Assembly (NCBI RefSeq): GCF_023055435.1
Contig: NW_025964279.1
Span: forward strand, 2,666,001-2,730,000
Direction: 5' to 3'
From: Haliotis rufescens
Lineage: Eukaryota
Length of the DNA: 64,000 nt
This document shows, in pieces, positions 1-10,467 of the stretch (positions are counted from its first letter, which is position 1; every line of letters begins with the position of its first letter). The notes below the pieces were generated by a model. That model was not told the DNA's origin, ran no database searches, and worked only from the letters and a program-made list of their open reading frames with translations. Both the position numbers and the translations under genes were made by a program.

Positions 1-500
1 ACCTGTCGAATGGAATGTTTCACGCGATGTCCAGTCATTTTGATGAATTATTTCATGACGTTGACACCGTGTTGAAAACAATCGGTTTTGTCACGTGGAA
101 TAACTGATTGTCCAGTCAACACTCCGGACATGGCAAGAACCATCTGCTGGACACTACGACCTCGTGCATCAGAATGCCACCACGTGCAGTTCCCCGCTGC
201 TTGTAGAGAAGGTGGCTCCCCCTATCGGAATAATTAACGGTTTCCTTATGACCGGCAACTGACACTAACGACTTGGCCTTTCAGCAACTAGTTATGGGGC
301 AACTGATTGTAATTATCAGACAATGCGGGTGATTATTTGACACCAAACTGTTATCATAATAATGTCTGGGTGCGAAAGTACCAACATAAAATTGACAAGA
401 TGCTGAGACAGCCGAAATGATTGAGAAAGAGTAACTTAGTATGCCATGTAGTTTCAGCAATGGCACCTTATTTAACATCCCATTAATAATTATCCTCATT
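1..500 (-). promoter_or_regulatory. Duplicated non-coding module A (inverted relative to the copies at 5895-6372 and 13400-13757)
   Basis: Reverse complement aligns end to end with 5895-6372; no TIRs, TSD or SINE hallmarks seen; rich in E-boxes, GATA and TAAT motifs. Confidence 0.6.
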
Positions 501-1728
501 ATTCCTCCACCCACTCTTGGCATTCATTCCAAATCTCAAAATTATATATTAGGCCAGAACGAAAACGTGAGGCGATATGTAATCATAAAACTGTAATCAC
601 TATGCATTATATTGTCCACCTATCTAAAACGAGATCGCAATAGACTTGGATGATTTAGATAGAGGATTATGAAACTAAACAAGATTACATTTTTCCAAAA
701 CCTACAATCAATGCCAGAGACTAACACTTAGTCCTAGAAATAAAGTCATCTCTTTAAGAAATATACACCCGCAAAATAAAAAAAGTAAATTTCAAATGGA
801 GCCCAGAACAATGGTTAATTTCAGCTAAGGCAATCTAGACTTGACAACTTATTCTAGACTTGAGTTGGATTCCTCATTTAAATATTCTCTAGGCTCTGGG
901 ACAGACAATGTCAATATACAGAGAGATCCAGAGAGATTGATACATGGTGCTCTGGGTGTACATGTCTCTCTCCTGCCATAGCACATGTCTGGCATTTTAT
1001 TTAACAAACAATGTGTACATGTGAATGGGAGGATAATTCATGCAGTAAATTAATCCGTGAATATGAAAACACCGGAACATAACATCACCTTAAATGTTGA
1101 TTTACACTGTTAAACAAGACCTGTGTTGTTAATGACCTGTGCTACGGTCTTACGAGATCTTAAGCTTATTGTCGCAAAGAGAAACAACCCACATTATTAT
1201 GGTGCCGTGATTCCAGTGGCACCTGACAGGTTCTTGCTGTGTTATCCATTGAGAAGGATGGAGATTTAATAAGCGTCTAGAGTTTGCGGTACTGAGTAAA
1301 GACATTTTAGTTTTCGTTCGGATAAAGAAAATATTGACAAACACAAACAATGTGAAAAACATTTAAAACGTCTGATAAAAACAATACACATATATCAATA
1401 TGGAATATTGTATAATATTTAAACTACAATACTGAATATTACAAAATTTGGATAGAATAAAATATTGCTGCCTTTCACATGCATTGTGTATTTGCATTTG
1501 TTATTTCCTACTGAATTATACAAATATACATAATACAAAAGTTAAAACCTGTCACGCGTTTACAATTCGTTTTTACAGATGTTGTTGGAAGATAGGTGAA
1601 GAGTACAAAAGAACTGGTTTTCAGTAAAACATTAAACTCAACTCACTCAGGCATATGGGTTGGCATAGTGGTTGAAGCGTTCGTAAATGGGTGTGAGGCC
1701 CAATTCTGGTCTCCTCTGTCGTGAGACA

Positions 1729-1890
1729 GTGAGTGAGTATGGTTTTACGCCGCTTTTAGCAATATTCCAGCAATATCACGGCGGGGGACACCAGAAATGG
1801 GCTTCACACATTGTACCCATGTCGGGAATCGAACCCGGGTCTTCGGTGTGACGAGCGAACGCTTTAACCACCAGGCTACCCCACCGCCCC
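1729..1890 (-). mobile_element. tRNA(Asp-like)-derived SINE, family A
   Basis: Reverse strand has an A-box-like GGTAGCCTGGTGG, B-box GGTTCGATTCC, 3' tail GCTGGAATATTGCTAAAAGCGGCGTAAAACC and (ACTC)n. Confidence 0.88.
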
Positions 1891-2464
1891 TCTCCCCTTT
1901 CGTGACCTTGCTGAAATATTTATTATTATTAAAAGGCAACTTTAGTCTAAAGTCACATTAGCTAAACGGCTGTCTGTTTTAAATTTCAATTGGTTGTTTT
2001 CACACTGGAGAGAAGAGGGCAGGAGAGGCGAGGGGTACAATTAATTTCTCATAATTCTTTCGAAGCAGCGTCCAGCGAACAAATATATTTTGAATAAACT
2101 TGACATACTGTATCTCTTAAGAAAATAAGAAGAAACCAGAATATTAAAGGGCCGTTCCTTAATCAGTAAACAGCAGTTTCATATCGATGATAACATTTTA
2201 GTTTTCGGACAAAGTTGTCATTTGAATTAAATTCGTTATATATGCCATTGTGATCGAATCTGATTACATACAAATGCAAAAGATTAAACAATCAGATTCT
2301 TATATTTACATGACATATCGTCAGTACAAGATGGAAATCTCTTGTAAATGCAATCATCGTCATCAGGCACTTGACACCGCTCCCAGGTAACTGAAGGCGA
2401 CATGGCGTGCCCTAAATAGATGGAAATAAACTTTTATTGAATGAAACACTAGATAATAATGAGA

Positions 2465-2746
2465 CTGTTGACAGGCCGGAGCTCGTCCACGTGACTCTTC
2501 GTGTCACGCCAAGCAAGATGAATATCTGTCTCCGGGTGAAGTTGAACGAGAGCCGGCGCGTGCCACCACTTAACTAGGCGTGCGCTGATTGGCTGTGTGT
2601 ATCGGATCGCGCCGGGCTATTCAGATGTCAAAACATAACTGTACATAGATTAGCGTGGGTAGGGGAATGTTGGGGGTATAAAGGCGGGTCGGGAGGCTGC
2701 GTTCCATCACACTAACTTGTCCCTCAGAGCTGAACACATCGCAGTG
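2465..2746 (+). promoter_or_regulatory. Proximal promoter/5'UTR of Hes paralog 1
   Basis: TATAAA 2677-2682; reverse CCAAT (ctgattggc); class-C Hes site GGCGCGTGCC 2555-2564; TGACAG. Lacks the 44-bp block with CGTGAGAA found in the other four copies. Confidence 0.8.
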
Positions 2747-3966
2747 ATGGAATCTTACTTTGATAACATGGAATCTGACAGTGAATATATGGGCCGAAGA
2801 AAGGTAAGCATCAATTTACTCTTTTAAATAACTTTCAAATGGACTGCTTACAACTTATAAATAACATGTGCTTGTTTACATTTAAAACACGTGGCTAATT
2901 TAATATTCATGAGAAATGGGAATAGACTGTGTTTGTCCCTTTTCTCAGCACACAAGAGTTCTTTCAAAACTTATATTTTGATATTCTGAAATATTGTATG
3001 CAAATATGAAGGAATTTCTCATCAATCTATTTATTTTCTCCAGGGTCGAAAGATGATGGCCGAAAAACGTCGACGAGCCAGAATCAACCAAAGCCTGTCA
3101 AAAATCAAAAGCATCGTGTGTGCGGCACATCAACGAAATGTAAGTGGCTCCCTTTGATCAAATCCATGTTCACCATCTATTTTCCCAGCAAGATTACTCA
3201 TTTAAAAAAATAAATATATCTATTTCTTTTTCATTTACAACAGAAGTTGCGTGTTTTAAAATATACAATTTAATAAGATGAAATATTTTCTTCAATTTCT
3301 CAGCCTTGTTTATTTATTGTTATTAAATTTTTCCAGGACCCAAACTATGACAAGATGGAGAAGGCCGAGATTCTGGAGACGACTGTAGATTATCTGAGGA
3401 ATGTCAGGAAGATCAACACCACACATCAACACGTGAAAGAAGCAGTTCAAGCCAGATTCCATCATGGCTTCTCCAAATGTGCTGAAGAAATACTCTCCTA
3501 CATTCAGTCTCTGCCAGGAGTGTCGGACAATGTACACCATCAGCTGAGAAAACACATCTCTCGACGTATGACGCACATTCAGCAGGTGCCCGCGACGTCA
3601 TCAACAGATGATGTGACGTCATACACAAGTCAGTGCTCCGAGCGACTGAGAACAGTACCTTCCCACAATTCCAAATATCAACATCCTGCTGCACATGCGT
3701 ACATGAACAGGACAGTGTGCACTTCCCCCGTGAAGGAGGACAATAGTTTTTCAGACAGTGGATATGCTGGTTCTCCTGAAAGTGTCAAACAATCCACCCC
3801 AAGAACCGGACGCTATCACTCCAGTCTCTCGTATTCAGAACTTAGATGTAAAGTACCGTCAGAAATGGTTGACAAAGACTCGAGAGTGAGAGCGTGGCTC
3901 CAGAGCACGTGGTCCTACTCACAGCAGATTAGGACGGAGCAACAGGTTCCATGGAGGCCCTGGTAA
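2747..3966 (+). CDS. Hes: HES-family bHLH-Orange-WRPW repressor, paralog 1; exons 2747-2803, 3044-3139, 3337-3966; 260 aa
   Basis: GT-AG phase-0 introns join MESYFDNMESDSEYMGRRK / GRKMMAEKRRRARINQSLSKIKSIVCAAHQRN / DPNYDKMEKAEILETTVDYLR. This is followed by an Orange domain (RFHHGFSKCAEEILSYIQSLPGVSDNVHHQLRKHI) and C-terminal WRPW. The 96-nt exon 2 and intron positions match the HES1-type layout. Confidence 0.96.
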
Positions 3967-4041
3967 AATGCTCCATGCAACTTTATATTTTGGACACGTC
4001 ATAATGGTGCTTCTTTATATCGGTCTTTTCATATACATTGT

Positions 4042-4049
4042 CTGTGATA
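4042..4049 (+). promoter_or_regulatory. K-box (CTGTGATA, miR-2-family seed match) in paralog 1 3'UTR; also at 11914-11921, 29233-29240, 42830-42837
   Basis: Exact cTGTGATa 47-114 nt after the stop codon in four paralogs. Confidence 0.65.
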
Positions 4050-4451
4050 AATTATATTTGTAGATAAAGATGTATTATTTAACTCTTGTATCCTTCGTTG
4101 TTTTTACGGATTCATGATGCGCCTATTCTAATCAAGATGTACTGGTGTATGTACTAGTGCACCTTGGTTAGAATAGTTTTCCAAGAATCAGGTCTGCTAG
4201 CTGTCGATCCATAATAAATACGAGTTAAGTAGTAAAATATTATTATCCTTTGTTCTGTCGTCACCTATCAGAAGGAAAACAGATTCTGACAATGAGCATC
4301 TGAAACATCTGAGCATTTTATCCAACAACAGTTTGTTTTAACCACAAACACGTGTGTATTGTTCAGACATGTGGATACACAGTTACACAATTAAATATTT
4401 CATTGTTTGATAGGCATTACTTAGAAGTTGACGGGAGACAAGAAAGACACA

Positions 4452-4637
4452 ATTTTATGGATAACAACTTCCTTAATACTGTGAAAAGCGACGTTTCGGT
4501 CAACTGCGTGACAACGGTGTAAGGATCTATTCCGAAACTGCGTGACAGCGGTATAAGAATCAATTCCGAAACTGCGTGACAACGGCATAAGGAAACGTCG
4601 CTTTTCACAGTATTAAAGAAGTTGTTATCCATAAAAT
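4452..4637. repeat. Palindromic element with ~45-bp inverted arms and three internal ~35-bp units; related to 21058-21395
   Basis: ATTTTATGGATAACAACTTC...AAAAGCGACGTTTC / GAAACGTCGCTTTT...GAAGTTGTTATCCATAAAAT. Confidence 0.8.
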
Positions 4638-5194
4638 AGTATCCACCTAAATATTTCGTTTCGGACAAAATTCAAAACGCACTTGCTTATCTCTCTAACA
4701 ACATTCCCAGCATTCCACTCAATGGCTGACTGAAAGGTGGTAAACATCTCTACAGTGGTAACTGATCCTATTAATAGCTCATCTACGTTGAAAAGGTAAC
4801 TGTTTTCCCTGGTGAATTGGGTTTACTGTTTTGAACAGTAAATCAGATGTGTCTGGAAGCGTATTGTTAAGAAAAAGTCAGGAATGAAGTAGAAATGACA
4901 GCAAAAAGAACCAAAGTCTTAGAATGAATACATGGGTGAAATTTAAATTAAATTCAACTGGTTTCGTTTAATCAGATGATAAGACCCGGCGAACAGACTG
5001 GTTTACCAGATGTCAGCTTAAACACTGGGAAACTTTGAAACAGGCCTGGCGTCGACATGATATCCATTAAAGTATCTCCATAAAAGCACAACTCCGTCCG
5101 TCCGTCGCTTTGAATAGACACAAACAGTGAAAACACAAATGAAAGTATATAAAATCCGTGTAGGGTCATTATAAACGACCTCCACCCAGCTCCT

Positions 5195-5295
5195 GCACGC
5201 CTCGAACTGGGACAGGCGTTAGTTGTGACACTGATCACCACAGGTGCCCGTATGTCACGTGATCTTACCAGAGCGTGACGACGCGAAGTGTCACA
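5195..5295 (+). promoter_or_regulatory. Conserved 3' module B core (other copies 12874-12975 +, 22198-22298 +, 44702-44802 -)
   Basis: Ordered motifs CACGCCT...TGACAC...CAGGTGC...GTCACGTGA...CGTGACGACGCGAAGTGTCAC, retained downstream of paralogs 1, 2, 3 and 5. Confidence 0.65.
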
Positions 5296-5894
5296 CAGCG
5301 AACATTGAGAAGTAGAGTGGCGGAATGTGACTCAAAGGCCGAAATTATCACTGGGATATTAATTTAGGTGTCAATACTGAAAGCACATTCCTGGGGCATT
5401 TCAGAGGAATGTGTCGCCATTTGTATAACCGCACTTTCTGCATTCAAAGCGTTTTTAAAAAAAACCGATTTCCTGGGTGTGAATGAGTTCAATATTATGA
5501 CGGAAGGTCTATCGCATATAGAACCCTGGTCTATCTCTCAGACCCTGGAGAATGTATTGAAAAGGGAAAATCAGAATAGAGTAGAATCATTTGACAAGTC
5601 TAGATTTTGTGTGTGGATATATGTATATATTTAAATGACTAAATTTAAGTCATATAGACTGCCCGATTATGATTACAATTTAGTGCACACTCGTAAATAC
5701 TTAAAAAAGGAAACCAACTCAAGTCTAGATTGCCTCAGCTCTGAATGTAAACGTTGCTCTGAGCTCCTTTGGATACACATATATATTTTTTTCTGGGTCT
5801 CTCCGGACAACACGTGCAAGGGTTTCGCTATACAACGCAATAATCTTGAACGCGATCTCTTTTAAAAGTCTCACCTTTTGGTTCCAGCCTCATA

Positions 5895-6372
5895 TATGAC
5901 GATAATTATTAATGGGATGTTAAATAAGGCGTCATTGCTGAAACTACATGGCATAATAAGTTACTCTTTCTCAACTATCATTTCGGATGTCTTAGCCTCT
6001 TGTCAATTTTTATTTCTACTTTCTCACCAAGACATTATTATGATAACAGTTTGGTGTCAAATAATCACCCGCATTGTCTGATAATTACAATCAGTTTCCC
6101 CATAACTAGTTGCTGAGAGGCCAAGTCGTTAGTGTCAGTTGCCGGTCATAAGGAAACCGTTAATTATTCCGATAGGGGGCGCAACCTTCTCCATAAGCAG
6201 CGGGGAACTGCACGCTTAACATTCTGATGCACGAGGTCGTAGTGTCTGCAATGTCCGCAGTGTTGACTGGACAATCAGTTATTCCACGTGACGTGTTTTC
6301 ACCTCGGTGTCAAGGCACGAAATAATTAATCAAAGTTACTGGCGATCTTGTGAAACATTGCATTCGACAGGT
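5895..6372 (+). promoter_or_regulatory. Duplicated non-coding module A
   Basis: High similarity to 13400-13757 (same orientation, same position downstream of a Hes gene) and to 1-500 (inverted). Confidence 0.6.
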
Positions 6373-6579
6373 GGCAGTGTGTGAGTGAGTGAGTTTGGTT
6401 TTCGGCTTTGAACAGTATTTCAGTTATGTTACGGCGTGTCAGCTTAATCTTGGGAGAAAGCAAAATGGTGGGGAGATTCGGAGATGTTTTTCCACCTTTT
6501 TTAGCTCACGAGCATGGTCAGGCTCACCACAGATCTTACTGCACTTTTATGAATAATACTGACAATATTTAATCACATT

Positions 6580-6727
6580 GAGTGAGTATTGTTTTACGCC
6601 GTTTAGCAATATTCCTGCATTATCAAGGTGGGAGACACCAGAAATGGGCTTCACACATTGTACCCATGTGGGGAATCGAACCGGGTTTTCGGCGTGACGA
6701 GTGAACGCTATAACCACAAGGCCACCC
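6580..6727 (-). mobile_element. SINE family A, degraded
   Basis: Same consensus with deletions. Confidence 0.8.
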
Positions 6728-7639
6728 TTGATCAAATTGAACCTTATTGAATCATAATGATCATGTTGAACCTTTGGGAATAATATAATATAATATGGAT
6801 GAATGTATTGGAGTCGTGTTGTATATGGTTCGCTCGAACCTATGCGCACTATTTCTTGTTTCAAAACTGCTCCATTTTAAACTGTCCAGTCGATCCGAAA
6901 GCACAGATATCACAAGTTTGCCCTTCTGTTATTTAGTGTCTGTAGTTTAGAACAATTTCTAAGGTTGCAGTCATAAGTTTCTAATACTTCAGGTGGGACG
7001 AGATCAGAGAGATAGTTCAAAGTTATTGTTTATTTATTAAAACGTAGTCAATTCAGTTTTATGGTTTCTTTCTCTAAAAGGCACAAAAGCTGTTGGCACT
7101 AGTGGCACGAACTGCGCTACAAAAAGGCCAAAGAGCATCAAAGTATAGTTCTTCAAGCATCAGTGACTGCCCTTTGGAACATTCATCCCCGATATGACAT
7201 ACACTTAAGACATGTTGTTTTATATTTGAACTATAGTTAAAATTTCTGGGAGAGTTTATCATAAGACTAACTTTTTAACTATTTCACTGGAATACTCTTA
7301 CTCCAGGACCACTCGTAATGGAGAAAAAATCCAAATTGTTTGTGTGGTTGAACTTCCTTTTAAAAGTTTCATCATTATGATTATAATGTAAAACATATTT
7401 GGGTTTATTTTTCATTGTGTGAAATCCAACAACAGACCTGATCTTAGGTCACTTTTCTCAGTCTTAGCAACTGTTTCGTCCACGAAACTTGTAACTGTGA
7501 TTTGAGTAAACATAAACAGTATTTGAGTAAACATAACAAGTTCTGTTCACTTCGCTCAAAAAGAAAACAAATAATTAAATCCACATTTTCGTGGTTTTTT
7601 CATTGTGTAAAATCCACAATTCACAGATCTGGTCATAGG

Positions 7640-7935
7640 TCACTTTTCTCGGTCTAAGCAACTGTTTCGTCCACGTGTGGGAGTGTCCGCGCCTTGTAAA
7701 TGTGTCCAAACATGCTTACCTAGGAATAAACACAGCATGTGGAATTCTTGATACCTTGTCATCCTATTATTCCCTATCATCTGTTTTGTCCAGCCTAGAG
7801 GGGGTTCACCACCAGATAGACCATTACAAACAATCTCCATCACTGGATGGTTGGCCGTGAACAATGACGTTACGTCACAGACCTCAGCATGACGTCATGA
7901 TAATCTGTGATATATCCTAGTGTTTATGGACAGTG
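7640..7935 (+). promoter_or_regulatory. Duplicated module C with CRE cluster (other copies 14230-14540, partial 36830-37030)
   Basis: Shared ATGACGTTACGTCACAGA...TGACGTCAT...ATCTGTGA core in three places. Confidence 0.55.
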
Positions 7936-8969
7936 TTAAAACTAAAGTGCAGACTTCACTCATTCCGGTAAGATACCATTTTTTGACGAAACGAAAGAAC
8001 TGATCAGATATGATAGAGAGTTTAACAATTTCGTAAATATCATATCAAAGTCAAATATGGATATGAGTGTAAATAACAAACAATTTTCGTTCGTTTTACA
8101 GACTAAAGCGGATTTTTTTGCAAATCTACTTGCGCATGATTATTGATATATGCCCAAACATGGACATGGCTGAAATTTCTATGCATGGATACACTTATTA
8201 ATATGAAGGAATATCGCTATAAACGCAAGATTGAAGCAGTTTCAATAGTTTGACACTCTGGGTTCTTAAGTCCCAAGGTTTCGTTTTAATGTCATTGCCC
8301 TTAGTGACGGATGGGTGATAACTTCCTGAAGTGTTCTGATTCACTTTCTCAGGCGGCTGAGCTGACAACATTAGATATCACGTGACCCTGTGTGTCTGAC
8401 AACGTGTTCGTGGCGACGTGTAGAGTAATACGTGTAAAGTAGATTAATCAAAGGCTGTTTAGACACTGCAGAAACATTAATATCAAAAGATATACAAAGT
8501 CTGTCATAATGGAAAATATTGAAGGGGGTGAAATTTCACAGTAGATTGATAGGGAGTACAGAAGATGGAAATGTTTATGGAATAACGACAGTATTTAATA
8601 GTAACATTCGTAATAATTGGTTAAAAGTGCACCCAACAAGAATGTAATGATTTATAACTGACCACAAAGTATATTTTGTGTAAATATAATGATTGTTTAC
8701 ACCTTGACTATCTTTGTTACCTGACTTCTTCTATGTGTGAGTGAGTGAGTCTGTGTGTGTGGGGGGGGATTCAAATAAGTCTTGTTTACCGATCCCAGTT
8801 TTCCGGTGATTTGATATTCTGGTTGGGGGCCTAGGATTTTGTATGGAGACTTGGGACTTCTCCATGTACAGCTGCAAAACAAGATTGAAATTGTTTTTGA
8901 AACTATGAGCCTGTTGATATGTTTCTACACTTTGTTTTGGTGATGCGCTCATAAGGAGACGTGTACAGA

Positions 8970-9260
8970 CTAATAAAGGAACACATTATCTACCTGTTCT
9001 GACACTAACGACTTTCATTCTGAGTAGATGGTTAATTATCAGATTGTGATAATAAGAATTACCATTTGACACATAATCGCTATCCAAACCATGTCTGGCC
9101 CCAGGTCTGAGTGGAGAATGACACAACGCGATTCGTGAAATATTAAAGAAGGGTTCTGTGCACAAGGTATGTTTCTTGTAAGTTACTGACACACTCACGT
9201 TAATTGACATAGAGATGAGTAACAGCCTTGGCTCACCACTGTGTGACAGTGACTTTAATT
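8970..9260 (+). promoter_or_regulatory. Duplicated upstream module D (other copy 16398-16830 with an internal insertion)
   Basis: TAATAAAGGAACACATTATCTACCTGTTCTGACACTAACGACTTT... 1.5-1.9 kb upstream of paralogs 2 and 3. Confidence 0.55.
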
Positions 9261-10139
9261 CTCTAAAATTGATAATATTGACAGTTATTTCATTCCATTA
9301 TAATGTTTGTAATTGAGAGAGCATCATGGAAAAATAATAATAAATGATAAACATATCACGAAAGTCATTAGATTTCCAAATGATAAAAAACAGCGACTTG
9401 CTCGCACGTCTCTCATCTTCAGGGTGAGATGCATTTCCGCCCTTGTCCAACAAAAAACACTGTGTTGCGGTGAATTTTCTCCATGAATACTACTAATTAT
9501 ATCTTTCCCCATTAATGAAAAAATAATTTAGCAGCGTTGTATTTTACAGCAATGTACACAAGTGCTTTTTTTAACCGAAAGCACGTCATATTTCAGCTAG
9601 ATACCATATTCCAGTCAGATAATAAACTTAGATTTCCAAATAATAAGTAAGATGTGTCTGACAACATCATCTTCGCGGCGACAGCTACAGTGGATTACAA
9701 GGATTAGCTGGCTTAATAATAAAAGCGGAGAAAGTAAACGACCAACTGATAATGACACAACTTGTTCACAAAATGAACGGCAAAGACGTTATATAAAATA
9801 TTTTTCAGGATTATTTCTTCTGTGAACTTAAAAGAGTGAAGTTAGCACTAAAAGGGACTTTGGAAAGAAATACAATTAATGTCTAGTTATACTGATAATT
9901 ACACTGTTTCAGTAACACCGAAATAATTTCAATATGTTAATATTGTGGTTGCATGTCAGCACCGTCAATACAGGTAATATGTGATGTAAATCCAAGAGAA
10001 ATCCAATCACCTTCGTGTTTCACCTGGTTACTGTTCAAGGTTGCGGTTGGCGACGGAATGCGACACAGCGCGTGTCACGGGCCAAGAAGGGGTGGGAATA
10101 CACTTTAATTGAATGAAACACTGGATCAAAATTACTCAG

Positions 10140-10467
10140 ATTGTTGACAGGCCGGGTGCTCGGCCACGTAACTCCTCGTGTCACGCCAAGCAAGAAGCTC
10201 TCTGCTCCTGAAGAAAATCATCCCTGTCGGGTCGTGAGAAGAACATCTGTCTCCGGGTGAAGTTTAACGCGATCCGGCGCGTGCCACCACTTAGCAAGGT
10301 GTGCGCTGATTGGCTGCGTGTATCGGATCGCGCCGGGCTATTCAGATGTCAAAACATAACTGTGCATAGATTAGCGTGGGTAGGGGAATGTTAGGGGTAT
10401 AAAGGCGGGTCGGGAGGCTGCGTTCCATTACACCAACTTGTCTCTCACAGCTGAACACATCGCAGTG
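10140..10467 (+). promoter_or_regulatory. Proximal promoter/5'UTR of Hes paralog 2
   Basis: TATAAA 10398-10403; Su(H)/CSL site CGTGAGAA 10233-10240; class-C site 10276-10285; N-box (CTCGTG); reverse CCAAT. Confidence 0.8.

Noticed and set aside
281-523. Similar short ORFs in duplicated modules (281-523 vs 5878-6081; 4972-5241 vs 12435-12911)
   Set aside because: Frame-breaking indels and differing ends between copies; the similarity reflects non-coding duplication.
2653-2670. Su(H) paired site (SPS) next to the TATA box
   Set aside because: CGTGGGTA mismatches the consensus and I found no inverted partner 15-17 bp away; only single sites are claimed.
3310-3694. Antisense ORFs over Hes exon 3 (similar ones at each paralog)
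   Set aside because: Shadows of the conserved sense CDS with variable ends and no independent coding signal.
3355-3966. MEKAEILE as the Hes start codon (and the 18971 start for paralog 3)
   Set aside because: Internal to exon 3 or intronic; the basic region and helix 1 lie in upstream exons.
3967-4100. Brd-box (AGCTTTA) and GY-box (GTCTTCC) in the 3'UTRs
   Set aside because: Only imperfect, unconserved matches were seen.
4452-4637. CRISPR-like array of 35-bp repeats
   Set aside because: No unique spacers, no cas genes, eukaryotic context.
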